Source: Gammaproteobacteria bacterium
GTDB taxonomy: Bacteria; Pseudomonadota; Gammaproteobacteria; JAJDOJ01
DNA: 64,000 bases
Reading direction: 5' to 3'
NCBI GenBank assembly: GCA_022340215.1
Contig: JAJDOJ010000164.1
Location: 290 to 64,289, forward strand
Numbering within the stretch: position 1 is the stretch's first letter; every line of letters begins with the position of its first letter. Under the pieces are notes generated by a model, which saw nothing but the letters and a program-made list of their open reading frames with translations, was not told the origin of the DNA and did not search any database. Below, piece by piece: positions 29,738 through 40,615 of this stretch. A program made the translations under genes and the position numbers.

Positions 29738-30520
29738 TCAGAAATGCAGGGGTGAATCGACAGTGGAAGGGAGCCCGAATTCGGGGTCGTAAATCGCGCG
29801 GATGAAATACAGACCGTCGGGTGGCGCCGTAACACCGCCCCGGGTCCGATCACGCATCTCCAGCAATTCCAGGACCCATTCCGGCCGTTGTTCACCGCGT
29901 CCGATTGTCATCAAAACACCGGCAATGTTGCGGACCATATGATGCAGAAAACCGTTTGCCTCCACGTCGATCGACACGAAGTCCGAATGCCTGGATACCG
30001 CTGTCTCGCTCACACACCGAACCGGGCTCTTCGCCTGACATTGAAGCGCGCGAAAGGTGGAGAAGTCGTGTTCCCCTTCCAGGTGTGCGGCAGCCTCACC
30101 CATCCGCACTTCATCCAGCGGATGGTGATGCCAGGTCACCTTGCCCTGGAGTATCGCGGGGCGGACCCATCGATTCAGGATCAGGTATCGGTAACGGCGC
30201 GACGTCGCGGAAAACCTCGCGTGAAAGGACTTGTCAACTGGCCTGACCCAGTTCACGGCAATGTCCGCAGGCAGATTCGCGTTCGAACCAAGGACCCAGG
30301 ACCGCACCGAGCGTTTCGATTCCGTATCGAAGTGTACCACCTGCTCCCTGGCGTGAACTCCGGTGTCCGTGCGACCCGCGCAGATCACTCTCACAGGATG
30401 ATTCGCAACGAAAGACAAGGCGTGTTCGACTTTCGACTGGATCGTTTGGACACCCTGGCGCTGCGCCTGCCAGCCGTGGTAGCCGGCACCGTCATATTCG
30501 ATCCCAGCCGCAATTCTCAC
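29738..30520 (-). CDS. truA: tRNA pseudouridine(38-40) synthase
   Basis: MRIAAGIEYDGAGYHGWQ...RTDTGVHA. Confidence 0.88.
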   Translation of the reverse strand: MRIAAGIEYDGAGYHGWQAQRQGVQTIQSKVEHALSFVANHPVRVICAGRTDTGVHAREQVVHFDTESKRSVRSWVLGSNANLPADIAVNWVRPVDKSFHARFSATSRRYRYLILNRWVRPAILQGKVTWHHHPLDEVRMGEAAAHLEGEHDFSTFRALQCQAKSPVRCVSETAVSRHSDFVSIDVEANGFLHHMVRNIAGVLMTIGRGEQRPEWVLELLEMRDRTRGGVTAPPDGLYFIRAIYDPEFGLPSTVDSPLHF

Positions 30521-30932
30521 CGGGAACTCACGAACCGCGTGCTGGTAAACAGCTCTCTGAGTGTCTCGGGCACGATCGGGGAAACGGGAACCTGAGGAGT
30601 CGAAATATTATGCTGCGGGGAAGTCGAAGTTAGGAGCACCCACATTGCATCGGTCGAACAGACGTTGCGGCCCGCGAAGCCCTTGAACCATCGCGACCCT
30701 GTCCGGATGAGGGATTTTGCCACAACCGGCCCCGGGGGGCACATTGCGGTATCGAGAGAGGAGACGGATCTCGCCGCTCGGAAATGGATGACGGTTGCCG
30801 TCGTCGGCGGGGTTTGTTGCGTGGTCCCAAACAGCGGTGGGGTCGGCGCCCGACGGTCTAGCGGCTCATGCCGGCGTGTCCCGCACCCGGTAGGGTGGTG
30901 CTTTCGCGGACCACCCTACCGTCTTGCAGCTG

Positions 30933-33899
30933 TCAGGCGATCTGCTTGAGTAGCGCTTCGGCCTCGTGGCGCTGATGATCGTCACCTTCACGGACAACCT
31001 CTTCGAGCGTACTCTTGGCCCCCTCGCCATCGCCCATGTCGATAAATGCCCGTGCAAGATCGAGCTTTGTAGCGACCGAGTCACCTTCGGGACCGGCACC
31101 CATGATCTCCGTCTCGAAATCCGCCGGATCGAACTGGGTAGTCTCCTGCGCCGGCCCCGTAGAAGAAAGGTTTTCTTCGAAATGCGCCGCCAGATCCTCG
31201 AGACCGCCCAGACCCTCGACGACTTCGGTCTCGACCTCATCCGGAGTGGTTTGCCCTTCGGGGGTCTCGCCGCCAAGATCGACGACGTTTTCGACCTCTG
31301 CAGTTTCGCCGCCCGGCAATCCGAGATCCTCTTCGAGATACTCCTCGAATTCCGCGGTTTCACCGGCGAAACTACCCGAAACACCGAGGTCCGCCGCGTC
31401 GCCGCCGTCGGTCGTCTCACCGAACTCGCCAGACACATTCAGTTCGGAGATCTCGAAGTCCAGGGTGGCCGCCTCGTCCAGTGAGGCATCCGCAGATACA
31501 CCCTTCGTTTCCGCGTCACCTAATCCGAAGTCCAGGCCGTCGAGATCGAAGTCGAGCGGCTTGTCATCGTCTTCTATCGACTCGACCTCTAGCGTCCCAT
31601 CGACGGGCATCTCCAGCATGTCCGTTTCGCCCTGTTCAGCGAACTCGGGCAATTGTTTGGAATCAACCTCCTCCGGCTGACCGGATTCGAACTCGTGCAC
31701 CCCGGTCTGGCCAGGCTCATCGGCAGACATGTCGAGATCCGTCGATTCAGGCTTGTCCTTGATAAAATCCGCGGCCTTCAGACCGCCCGTATCGACCCCT
31801 GCGAACAAGGTATGTTCCGGGCTGATCTCCTGGCCCATGGCCACGACACGATTCCAGAATTCTCCCTGGTTCTTGCCGGCTGCCGCCATTTCCTCGGCCG
31901 TCTCGACAAAGGCCTCCCGGTTGTCGTCCCGATAATAGGCCTCGGCAAGTTTTGCACGATAGATCTCAGCATCCGGGTCCTTCTCGATCGCATCCTTCAG
32001 CAGATCCTCAGCCTGCTGGAACAATCCGTAGGCCACATACACATCCGCCTCAGACACGGCTTCGTCTACCGCCTGCTCGTTGGTCTCCGTCCCCGGCTGT
32101 ATCGCCCCGGTATCGAGCAGACCCGCTCCGATCTGCCCTGTGACCATGACCTGGGCGGTTCTCTCGAAGGTGTCCGTTTCGGAGGCTTCCTGCGCGGCGC
32201 CCTCATCGGACGGGGTCTTACCACCCATGGTGGCCGCCTGTGCGGCCGCTCCATGCGCGGCTGCGCCAGCACCGGCAACCGCCGCGGCGGGCAACGTGTG
32301 CGCGCCGGTGGCAAACAGCTCGGACATGTCGTCGGACTCATCCACCTCTCGCCGGCGGCGACCGACCATCCAGAGTCCGATTAGCGCCAGAAGGACGGCA
32401 CCACCCCCCAGGCCGTAGAGGATTCTTTCATCCGCGAAGATCCGATCGAACAGTCCCGCGGGTGCCACCGGGGTCACTTCCTCCGTGGATACCTCGGGTA
32501 CGGAAACAGTGACGTCCGTCTCGGCAACCTCTACCCCTGCCTCGGGATCCAGGACCTGCGTCACCACTTCATCCATTACCGGTTCATCCATTACCGGATC
32601 TTCAGTCTCCATTTCGGCGGCAATCAGATCCTCATCGACCAGTGGCAGTTCGGTCTCCTCTCCGGTATCCGTATCCAGACCGGCCAGCACGTCGTCCTGA
32701 GGAACCGCTGCAATATCCTCTCCACTTTCGATCACTACACCTTCGGGGGTAACATCTTCCTGCACCAGGCGATCCTGCAGTACGGACAACTCATCGCTCT
32801 GCAGTGTGATGACGCGCTCTTGCTGGGAGACCATGGCTTCAAGCTCCGTCACGCGCGCCTTCAGCGCCTCGTTCTCGACCGCCCGTGATTTCGCGATCTC
32901 CCGGGCCAGTGCCGCGTCATTGCCGGCGCCGGCACCACTTGCCTCCTCGGTCTCGGATCCCGCCAGGATCTCAAGATTTCCGTCGGCGCGGGTTTCTGCA
33001 TCGCCGGTCGTCTTGACGTCGACCCTGGCCTGTTCGCCGCGCGCCTCGGGCAGTGCTTCCTGGGACTGTACCTGTCTGCCGGCGGCCCTCGCGTGGTACT
33101 CCCGCCAGAGTGCGTTCTGACTGGCCACTTCGGCCACGGCTTCCGGCTGGCTGACGGCGCCGGCTTCCGCGGCATCGGGAATCCGGAGCACCGCACCGGC
33201 TTTCAGATTGTGAATGCTGTTATTGGTAAACGCCTGGGGATTGGCGCGAAGCATCGCGATCATCATCTGCTGGGAACTGACGCGATTCGAGGGATTGACC
33301 TGCCTGACGATGCCGCTGAGCGTGTCACCACGTCGAACCCGATAGGTATCCTGCGAAGGGACACCAGCCGGGGTGGCCACCGAAGGTCGAGGGGGTGCAG
33401 GACTTGCCGAAGCGGCCCGGGGTGCGGGAGCGGGTTCGCGTACCGGCGCACTTTGACGCACCACCGGTGCCACGGGTGCAGCGGCTGCCCGCCGCTCCAT
33501 CAATACCGGCGGATCGAGGAGAATGGTGTACTCTCGAATCATGCGCCCGTTCGGCCACACGACCTCCACGAGGAAATTCAGAAACGGTTCGCGAATCGGT
33601 TCTCGTGAAATGACGTCGATGATCGCGCGGCCGTTGAGCAACGCGGGCTTGAACTGCAATTTCTGCAGCGCCGGTGGCCGCGCTATCCCGACACGCTCAA
33701 ACGCCTCGGGAGGGGCCAGTCCGACTGTGATATCTTCCAGTTCATCGGGGTGCACGGAAAGCATTGTGATTTCAGCCCGCAAGGGCTGATTCAGAGCACT
33801 GTCGACCTCGATCCCCCCGAGTCCCAGCGAGGTCGCCGCGCCTGGAAGGAACACAATGAGGGGGAGCATCCCCCAAACCAGCTTTTTCACGATTGTAGT
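30933..33899 (-). CDS. fimV: FimV-like peptidoglycan-binding pilus/polar-assembly protein
   Basis: LysM motif YRVRRGDTLSGIV. Highly acidic repeat region. Conserved FimV C-terminus LDLARAFIDMGDGEGAKSTLEEV. Probable GTG start at 33899 (GAGGA RBS, signal peptide MKKLVWGMLPLIVFLPGAATSLG). The ORF extends to 33956. Confidence 0.8.
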   Translation of the reverse strand, partial: TTIVKKLVWGMLPLIVFLPGAATSLGLGGIEVDSALNQPLRAEITMLSVHPDELEDITVGLAPPEAFERVGIARPPALQKLQFKPALLNGRAIIDVISREPIREPFLNFLVEVVWPNGRMIREYTILLDPPVLMERRAAAAPVAPVVRQSAPVREPAPAPRAASASPAPPRPSVATPAGVPSQDTYRVRRGDTLSGIVRQVNPSNRVSSQQMMIAMLRANPQAFTNNSIHNLKAGAVLRIPDAAEAGAVSQPEAVAEVASQNALWREYHARAAGRQVQSQEALPEARGEQARVDVKTTGDAETRADGNLEILAGSETEEASGAGAGNDAALAREIAKSRAVENEALKARVTELEAMVSQQERVITLQSDELSVLQDRLVQEDVTPEGVVIESGEDIAAVPQDDVLAGLDTDTGEETELPLVDEDLIAAEMETEDPVMDEPVMDEVVTQVLDPEAGVEVAETDVTVSVPEVSTEEVTPVAPAGLFDRIFADERILYGLGGGAVLLALIGLWMVGRRRREVDESDDMSELFATGAHTLPAAAVAGAGAAAHGAAAQAATMGGKTPSDEGAAQEASETDTFERTAQVMVTGQIGAGLLDTGAIQPGTETNEQAVDEAVSEADVYVAYGLFQQAEDLLKDAIEKDPDAEIYRAKLAEAYYRDDNREAFVETAEEMAAAGKNQGEFWNRVVAMGQEISPEHTLFAGVDTGGLKAADFIKDKPESTDLDMSADEPGQTGVHEFESGQPEEVDSKQLPEFAEQGETDMLEMPVDGTLEVESIEDDDKPLDFDLDGLDFGLGDAETKGVSADASLDEAATLDFEISELNVSGEFGETTDGGDAADLGVSGSFAGETAEFEEYLEEDLGLPGGETAEVENVVDLGGETPEGQTTPDEVETEVVEGLGGLEDLAAHFEENLSSTGPAQETTQFDPADFETEIMGAGPEGDSVATKLDLARAFIDMGDGEGAKSTLEEVVREGDDHQRHEAEALLKQIA

Positions 33900-34030
33900 C
33901 CTCGTTCGCTCGAAAAATTGCTCAGAAACCGACTGCGATAGATTGTTCCGCTGCAATCCGTGCGACGAAAACCGCGCCCGCGAAACCGCTGGGCCGAAAA
34001 TCCGTAGAAGCTTTTGGACGGTAACTGCTA

Positions 34031-35053
34031 TTAAAGATAGTCCGAAATCAGAATTTCAGCTATCTGTACGCTGTTCAGGGCCGCGCCCTTGCGCAGGTTA
34101 TCGCTCACGACCCAAAGATCCAGCCCGCGCGGGTGGGAGATATCCTCCCGAATCCGGCCGACATAGACCGCGTCCCTATCGGCAGCTTCGGTAGCGGCGG
34201 TGGGATAGCCACCGTCGCCGCGATCGTCGATCACCTCGACACCCGGCATGGCTTCGAGCAGTTGCCTGGCGCGTTCGGCGGTGATCCGCTCGCCGGTCTC
34301 CAGATGGACCGCCTCCGAGTGTCCGTAGTAGACCGGGACCCTCACTGTCGTCGAATTCACCTGTATCCGCTCGTCCCCAAAGATCTTGCGGGTCTCCCAA
34401 ACCATCTTCATCTCTTCCTTGGTATAGCCGTTATCCATGAATACGTCGATGTGCGGCAGTACGTTGAAAGCGATCTGTTTCGGATAGACCTGCGCCTGCG
34501 GGGGTCGCCCAGAAAGCAGGTCAACGGTCTGACGGGTCAGTTCCTCTATTGCCTCCTTACCGGTACCCGAGACCGCCTGGTAGGTGGCGACATTGATGCG
34601 TTCGATTCCGACAGCGTCGTAGATCGGCTTCAGTGCCACCAGCATCTGTATGGTCGAGCAGTTCGGATTGGCGACGATGCCGCGATTGGTGTAGTCGGCG
34701 ATCGCAGCGGGGTTGACCTCCGGTATGACCAGCGGGATGTCGTCGTCGTAGCGGAACTGCGAGGTGTTGTCGATGACGACGCACCCGGCGTCGGCAGCCT
34801 TCGGCGCGACGACTTCCGAGATCGAGGCCCCGGCGGAAAACAACCCGATGTCCGCCCGCTGGAAATCGAACGTATCGGCATCCAACACCGTGAGTTCCGT
34901 GTCCCCGAAACCGATCTTGCTGCCCGCAGAGCGGCTGCTCGCGAGGGGAAAGACCTCGTTTACCGGGAAATCGCGCTCGGCCAGAATGGACAGCATGACC
35001 TGCCCCACGGCGCCGGTACATCCCAGGACCGCCACATTGAATTTCTTGCTCAT
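34031..35053 (-). CDS. asd: Aspartate-semialdehyde dehydrogenase
   Basis: VAVLGCTGAVGQ...NCSTIQ. The ORF extends to 35065, and MSKKF is the probable start. Confidence 0.9.
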   Translation of the reverse strand: MSKKFNVAVLGCTGAVGQVMLSILAERDFPVNEVFPLASSRSAGSKIGFGDTELTVLDADTFDFQRADIGLFSAGASISEVVAPKAADAGCVVIDNTSQFRYDDDIPLVIPEVNPAAIADYTNRGIVANPNCSTIQMLVALKPIYDAVGIERINVATYQAVSGTGKEAIEELTRQTVDLLSGRPPQAQVYPKQIAFNVLPHIDVFMDNGYTKEEMKMVWETRKIFGDERIQVNSTTVRVPVYYGHSEAVHLETGERITAERARQLLEAMPGVEVIDDRGDGGYPTAATEAADRDAVYVGRIREDISHPRGLDLWVVSDNLRKGAALNSVQIAEILISDYL

Positions 35054-35083
35054 TTCCTTTACCACCCCAGAAAAATATCGCTG

Positions 35084-35256
35084 ACGGCCGAGCTCAGGCG
35101 ATTTCTGTCAAATGACATACCACCCTGCTTGTCTTTTCGTCCGTCCTCTGTGTTGCGACAACAGTGACATAGTTCGACTATGCGCCTGTTGTCGCGCCTT
35201 GATGACGAACGAAAATCGGGCGCGATCTGGTATGCCATTTTCCGGCAATCGCCTCA
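35084..35256. repeat. MITE-like element copy A (about 173 bp, imperfect terminal inverted repeats), located between asd and leuB
   Basis: 5' end ctcaggcgatttctgtcaaatgacatacca and 3' end tggtatgccattttccggcaatcgcctcagg are mutual inverted repeats (about 24 of 30 positions). It is homologous over its full length to 58066..58243, and its 3' end abuts the leuB stop. Confidence 0.55.
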
Positions 35257-36336
35257 GGCCACGAGGGCCGACACCACCGCATCCCCCATTGCCGAGGTCG
35301 ACACCACGGTTTCGTCCCCGGCGGCGATGTCCGCGGTTCGTAGCCCCCGGTCCAGCGCCTCGCCCACTGCGGCCTCGACGCGGTCCGCCAGGTCGGCCCG
35401 GTCCAGCGAGTACCTCAGCATCATGGCCACCGACAGGATGGTCGCCAGAGGATTCGCCCTACCGGTGCCCGCGATGTCGGGCGCGGAACCGTGAATCGGC
35501 TCGTACATGCCCCTGCCGGATGCATCCAGTGAGGCCGATGGCAACATACCGATGGAGCCTGTGAGCATCGCCGCGGCATCCGAGAGAATATCCCCGAACA
35601 TGTTACCCGTCACGATCACGTCGAACTGCTTTGGTGCCCGGACCAACTGCATCGCCGCGTTGTCCACGTACATGTGACTTAGCGACACTTCGGGGTATTC
35701 GCGTGCGACACGTGTAACGACCTCGCGCCAGAGTTCCGACACCTCCAGGACATTGGCCTTGTCGACCGAGCAGACCTTGCGACCGCGTTTCATCGCAACC
35801 CGGAACGCGGAATGCGCAATGCGCGCAACCTCCGATTCCCGGTACACGAGCGTATTGAATCCCTCCTGCTCCTCGTTTTCCAGGGTACGAATTCCCCTCG
35901 GATTACCGAAGTAGATCCCCCCGGTCAGTTCACGCACGATCATGATGTCCAGTCCACAGACGACCTCGTCTCGGAGCGTAGAGGCCGAGGCGAGTTGCGG
36001 ATACAGGACTGCGGGTCGCAGGTTGGAAAAAAGCGCAAGTTCCGAGCGGATACCCAGCAGGCCCCGTTCCGGTCGCAATTCGCGCGAGAGCCCCTCGTAC
36101 TGCGGTCCGCCGACCGCGCCCAGCAGCACCGCGTCGCTCGCCCTGGCGAGATTAAGGGTCTCCCGGGGCAAGGGGTCTCCGGCCACGTCGTAGGCCGCAC
36201 CACCGATCAGGGCTTCCTTGGTCTCGAGGGCGAGATCAAAACGCTCGACGAGCGCGTCCAGCACCTTCCGCGCTTCGGCGACCACCTCCGGGCCGATGCC
36301 GTCTCCCGGCAGCAAGAGCACTTTTCCAACCGTCAT
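35254..36336 (-). CDS. leuB: 3-isopropylmalate dehydrogenase
   Basis: [11 protein letters not shown]...; NAD-IMDH family. Start taken at MTVGKV. Confidence 0.9.
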   Translation of the reverse strand: MTVGKVLLLPGDGIGPEVVAEARKVLDALVERFDLALETKEALIGGAAYDVAGDPLPRETLNLARASDAVLLGAVGGPQYEGLSRELRPERGLLGIRSELALFSNLRPAVLYPQLASASTLRDEVVCGLDIMIVRELTGGIYFGNPRGIRTLENEEQEGFNTLVYRESEVARIAHSAFRVAMKRGRKVCSVDKANVLEVSELWREVVTRVAREYPEVSLSHMYVDNAAMQLVRAPKQFDVIVTGNMFGDILSDAAAMLTGSIGMLPSASLDASGRGMYEPIHGSAPDIAGTGRANPLATILSVAMMLRYSLDRADLADRVEAAVGEALDRGLRTADIAAGDETVVSTSAMGDAVVSALVA

Positions 36337-37007
36337 GCGTCGCACCCTGAGCGTTCCTGCACCGCCGGCCCGTGGAACAGCCAGGGGGCCTCCGGGCTTC
36401 GTCGTACCTCGTATGCCCGAATCTCGTCCGCGTAGCGCAAGGTGAGTCCGATCTCGTCCAGTCCGTTGATCAGGCAGTGCCGCCTGAACGAGTCGACCTC
36501 GAATGGCAGCCGCTCGCCATCCGGGGTCTCGACGTTGAGTCGTTCCAGATCGACGGTCAGAGTGTAGCGGTCATTGCTTTCGACCGCCCGGAACAGCCGA
36601 TCAACGGCATCATCCGGCAGAACGACAGGCAGGAAGCCGTTCTTGAAGCTGTTGGTGTGGAAGATTTCGGCGAAACCCGGTGCAATCACGGCCCGGAACC
36701 CGAACTCGCTCAGGGCCCAGACCGCGTGTTCCCTCGAAGACCCGCAACCGAAGTTCTCGCGCGCCAGCAGTATGGTGGCGTCACGGAAGCGTTCCTGATT
36801 GAGGACGAAATCCGGGTTCGGTCGCCGCGCGGCGTGATCGTCTCCGGGTTCTCCCGGATCGAGGTATCGCCAGTGATCGAACAGATTCGGTCCGAACCCG
36901 GTTCGTTTGACGGACTTGAGATATTGCTTGGGTATGATGGCGTCGGTGTCGACATTGGGCCGGTCCAGCGGCGCCACGATCCCGGTCACGCGGATAAACG
37001 GTTCCAT
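36333..37007 (-). CDS. leuD: 3-isopropylmalate dehydratase small subunit
   Basis: [13 protein letters not shown] motif, 224 aa, overlaps leuB by 4 nt. Confidence 0.9.
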   Translation of the reverse strand: MEPFIRVTGIVAPLDRPNVDTDAIIPKQYLKSVKRTGFGPNLFDHWRYLDPGEPGDDHAARRPNPDFVLNQERFRDATILLARENFGCGSSREHAVWALSEFGFRAVIAPGFAEIFHTNSFKNGFLPVVLPDDAVDRLFRAVESNDRYTLTVDLERLNVETPDGERLPFEVDSFRRHCLINGLDEIGLTLRYADEIRAYEVRRSPEAPWLFHGPAVQERSGCDA

Positions 37008-37095
37008 TTCGATGATCCCATTGGGCCGATCGGCCCGTGCTCAATAGTTAAGGAGTGCGGAAATTCATTGCCACGATCCCCGCGATCGTCGCACC

Positions 37096-38499
37096 TCAGA
37101 ATTCGCGAACATCCACAAAACGACCGGCGACCGCCGCCGCGGCTGCCATAGCCGGACTGACGAGGTGGGTACGCCCACCGTGTCCCTGACGTCCCTCGAA
37201 GTTGCGGTTCGAGGTCGAGGCGCAACGCTCCCCGGGTTCGAGACGATCGGCGTTCATCGCCAGGCACATCGAACATCCCGGTTCGCGCCACTCGAATCCC
37301 GCCGCCCTGAAGATCTCGTCCAGACCCTCCGACTCGGCCTGTTGCTTGACCAGGCCGGAACCCGGGACCACCATCGCCAGCCGGATGTCGCCGGACACCC
37401 TGCGGCCACGAAGCACATCCGCGGCCGCCCGCAGGTCCTCGATGCGGGAATTGGTGCAGGAACCGATGAATACCTTGTCCAGCGTGATATCGGTCACCGG
37501 GGTCCCCGCATCGAGTCCCATGTACTGCAACGCCCGGGCGATGTGTTCGGCCATGATCGGATCAGACTCTTCCGCCGGATCCGGCACCCTGGCGTCCACC
37601 GGTATCACCATTTCCGGGGAGGTGCCCCAGGTGACCTGCGGCTTGATATCGGCCGTATTGAGCGTGACGACCCGGTCGAAGGTCGCGTCCGGGTCACTGT
37701 GAAGTTGCTCCCACCAGGCGACGGCCTGATCCCAATCCCGGCCTTTAGGCGCCATCGGCCTTCCCCGGACGTAGTCGATTGTCTGGTCGTCGACCGCCAC
37801 CATCCCGGCGCGCGCCCCTGCCTCAATGGCCATATTGCACAGTGTCATGCGTCCCTCGACGGACAGCCCCCGAATCGCCGCACCGGCGAACTCCACGGCA
37901 TACCCCGTCCCGCCCGCGGTTCCGATCCGGCCGATGATCGCCAGGGCGATGTCCTTCGCCGTCAGGCCGGCGGTGGATTCGCCTTCGACCGAGACGAGCA
38001 TGGAACGGGATTTTTTCTGGATCAGACACTGTGTGGCGAGCACGTGCTCGACCTCCGAGGTCCCTATCCCGAAGGCCAGGGTGCCGAGGGCCCCGTGGGT
38101 CGAGGTATGCGAATCACCGCAGACCACAGTCATACCTGGCAGGGTCGCACCCTGCTCCGGGCCGATGACGTGGACAATTCCCTGGCGGATATCCGACATA
38201 CCGAACTGCCGGATTCCGAATTCGCGGCAATTGTCCTCCAGCGTCTCCACCTGAATCCTCGATACCGGCTCCCGGATCCCGCTGGCGCGATCGGTCGTCG
38301 GCACATTGTGGTCGGGTACCGCCAGGATCGAATCGACCCGCCAAGGCCGACGTCCCGCGAGCCGCAGTCCCTCGAAGGCCTGTGGGGAGGTCACCTCATG
38401 CACCAGGTGTCGGTCGATGTAGAGCAGCGCGATGCCGTCTTCGTCCATTCGCACCACGTGCGCATCCCAGAGTTTGTCGTAGAGTGTCTTGCCCGCCAC
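37096..38499 (-). CDS. leuC: 3-isopropylmalate dehydratase large subunit
   Basis: Aconitase-family motifs. GTG start at 38499 with AGGAGG 9 nt upstream, giving [16 protein letters not shown], which matches the LeuC N-terminus. Confidence 0.9.
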   Translation of the reverse strand: MAGKTLYDKLWDAHVVRMDEDGIALLYIDRHLVHEVTSPQAFEGLRLAGRRPWRVDSILAVPDHNVPTTDRASGIREPVSRIQVETLEDNCREFGIRQFGMSDIRQGIVHVIGPEQGATLPGMTVVCGDSHTSTHGALGTLAFGIGTSEVEHVLATQCLIQKKSRSMLVSVEGESTAGLTAKDIALAIIGRIGTAGGTGYAVEFAGAAIRGLSVEGRMTLCNMAIEAGARAGMVAVDDQTIDYVRGRPMAPKGRDWDQAVAWWEQLHSDPDATFDRVVTLNTADIKPQVTWGTSPEMVIPVDARVPDPAEESDPIMAEHIARALQYMGLDAGTPVTDITLDKVFIGSCTNSRIEDLRAAADVLRGRRVSGDIRLAMVVPGSGLVKQQAESEGLDEIFRAAGFEWREPGCSMCLAMNADRLEPGERCASTSNRNFEGRQGHGGRTHLVSPAMAAAAAVAGRFVDVREF

Positions 38500-38508
38500 C
38501 TGATTCAC

Positions 38509-38648
38509 CTCCTGACGTTCTTCCCCGGAGCCGGTTTACCGATGGATGAGTCAACCTCTGCCCACCTCGCCACGATGGTATTACAATATTTTCGTATAAG
38601 ACTAATTTTTATTTTTTATATTTAACATTCCAATAAGGAATAACAGAG
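38509..38648. promoter_or_regulatory. AT-rich divergent promoter region between leuCDB and a LysR regulator gene
   Basis: About 70 bp of greater than 75% AT (tattttcgtataagactaatttttattttttatatttaacattcc) in an otherwise high-GC context, between divergent genes. Confidence 0.4.
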
Positions 38649-39524
38649 ATGGATCCCGCCACCCTGGAGGCCTTCATCGCGGTGGCCGAAGCAGGTTCGT
38701 TCACCGCGGCATCCGAGAGGCTCCACCTGACCCAACCGGCCGTCAGCAAACGCATTGCCCTGCTGGAGTCGGAGCTCGAATCGCGGCTGTTCGATCGGAT
38801 CGGCAGGCGCACCCGGTTGACAGAGGCCGGCCGCGCGCTCGTTCCGGGGGCCAGAAACATCCTTCGCGCGATCGACGATACCCGCCGCTCCATCGAAAAC
38901 CTCTCAGGCCGCATAGGCGGGCGCCTGTCGCTGGCGACCTCACACCACATCGGCCTCCACCATCTACCCAGTGTTCTCAGGGACTATACCGACCGGTACC
39001 CGGACGTTCGCCTCGAACCGACCTTTCTGGACTCCGAAGCCGCCTGCCAGTCGGTGAAAAGCGGTGCCTGCGAACTGGGCATCGTGACCCTGCCGCCGCG
39101 ACCGCTGCCTGCGCTGACGGAACGTATCATCTGGGACGACCCGCTGGCGCTCGTGGTCGCATCCGATTTCCCCCTCGCGAATCGCCACGGCCTGGCAATC
39201 CCCGATATGCTCGGCAGATTGCGCGGCGTACTGCCTTCGCAAGGGACCTTCACCCGGGCCGTGCTGTCCGCCGGACTGGAAAGCGTCGGCCTGTCCACCG
39301 AGGAGGTGCTGGAGACCAACAATCTGGAAACGATCAAGATGCTCGTAGCGGTCGGATTCGGCTGGAGTGTCCTGCCCGCGACGATGATCGACGACTCCCT
39401 GCGTGTCATCGACACCGATCCGGTCCACATGGTGCGCCGGCTCGGTGTGGTCGTTCACGGCAACCGGACGCTCGGCAATGCCGCGAGTGCGTTGCTGGAC
39501 CTGCTGGACGAGAAGCACCGGTAA
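38649..39524 (+). CDS. LysR-family transcriptional regulator (leuO-like position)
   Basis: N-terminal wHTH LEAFIAVAEAGSFTAASERLHLTQPAVSKRIALLE, 291 aa. Confidence 0.85.
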   Translation: MDPATLEAFIAVAEAGSFTAASERLHLTQPAVSKRIALLESELESRLFDRIGRRTRLTEAGRALVPGARNILRAIDDTRRSIENLSGRIGGRLSLATSHHIGLHHLPSVLRDYTDRYPDVRLEPTFLDSEAACQSVKSGACELGIVTLPPRPLPALTERIIWDDPLALVVASDFPLANRHGLAIPDMLGRLRGVLPSQGTFTRAVLSAGLESVGLSTEEVLETNNLETIKMLVAVGFGWSVLPATMIDDSLRVIDTDPVHMVRRLGVVVHGNRTLGNAASALLDLLDEKHR

Positions 39525-39580
39525 CGGAATCGTGACGACCGGTGGCGACGGACGGTATCGTCTCGGGGCAGGCCGATACG

Positions 39581-40615
39581 CTACGCCGCCGGTTCACGCG
39601 GGCCGACGGCGGCAAATCCCCGCAATGCCACGAACAGTCCGAGCAGTGCAACGCCCGCGGCCAGAAGGAACACCCATACCGGCTCCCAGTGCGCCCAGGC
39701 AATTCCGCTCGCGAGGCTGCCGATCGCACCGCCGGCACCGAAACTCACACTGGAGTACAGCGCCTGTCCGCGTCCCTGTGTCTTTCCCGGGAACAGGGAA
39801 TGGACCAGATGGATCGCAGCGGCATGGAGCAGACCGAAGCTCGCCGCATGCAGTGTCTGCGCCAGGACGAGAAACAGGATACTGTCGACCAGCGTGGCGA
39901 TCATGACCCAGCGCAAGACCGTGAGCGCCAGCGCTACGAGCAGGATGTTGGCGGCCCCGAATCGGACCAGCCAGCGGTGTACCGAGAAAAATACCCCCAC
40001 CTCCGCGGCCACACCGAGCGCCCACAGGATACCGATCGTCTCTTTGCTGTAACCGTGGTCTGCCAGGTAGATGCTGAAGAAGGTGTAGTACGGGCCGTGG
40101 CTGGCCTGGGCGAGCAGACAGGCGACGAGAAACGCCACGGTGCGGGGCTGTCGCAGGACATCGAGAAACTCGCCCGCGTCGCGGGTATCCCGCTGCGTGG
40201 CGTACTCGGACACGACCAGGGTGGTCAGCCAGATCGCGACGAGCAGGAAGAATACGACCGCCGGCAGCACCGACAAGCCCAGATCCTCCACCTTCAGCAG
40301 GATCGGCATCAGCAGAACCGCAACGATGAATCCCACCGACCCCCACAGCCGGATCCGGCTGTAGCGGTGTGCATCGCTGCGCAGGTGGTTCAGCGTAATC
40401 GCCTCGAACTGCGGCAGGGAGGCATTCCAGAAAAAGGCGTAGGCCGTGAGCGCGAGGTACATCGACAGGGGATCGGTGCGGAAGAGCAGGACCCCAAAGG
40501 CGGCCACGGAGAGCAGTGACGCGATGCGAATAAGGTCTATCCGCCGACCGGTATGGTCGGCGATCGGGCCCCAGACATTCGGGGCTACGATCTTGGTCGC
40601 CATGATCAGGGCCAT
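39581..40615 (-). CDS. MFS transporter. The conserved N-terminal TM1 lies upstream of the first canonical start codon.
   Basis: 12-TM MFS pattern. The in-frame region 40616..40756 encodes AYIRLSGFYFFYFASLGAFLPYWGLYLKDLGYSPERIGSV (the typical MFS N-terminus) but contains no ATG/GTG/TTG before the upstream TAG at 40757-40759. Confidence 0.7.
   Translation of the reverse strand: MALIMATKIVAPNVWGPIADHTGRRIDLIRIASLLSVAAFGVLLFRTDPLSMYLALTAYAFFWNASLPQFEAITLNHLRSDAHRYSRIRLWGSVGFIVAVLLMPILLKVEDLGLSVLPAVVFFLLVAIWLTTLVVSEYATQRDTRDAGEFLDVLRQPRTVAFLVACLLAQASHGPYYTFFSIYLADHGYSKETIGILWALGVAAEVGVFFSVHRWLVRFGAANILLVALALTVLRWVMIATLVDSILFLVLAQTLHAASFGLLHAAAIHLVHSLFPGKTQGRGQALYSSVSFGAGGAIGSLASGIAWAHWEPVWVFLLAAGVALLGLFVALRGFAAVGPREPAA

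Noticed and set aside
29038-29895. 285-aa ORF for trpF with a 71-aa N-terminal extension
   Set aside because: The extension has no similarity to PRAI and overlaps the truA-trpF intergenic region. The family consensus starts at [13 protein letters not shown].
35112-35564. 150-aa ORF sharing the peptide [10 protein letters not shown] with ORF 58116..58301, which suggested a small conserved protein family
   Set aside because: The shared peptide is encoded by the conserved 3' end of the MITE-like repeat (tggtatgccattttccggcaatcg). The rest of the 35112 ORF is antisense to leuB. The similarity is at the DNA-repeat level, not a protein gene.
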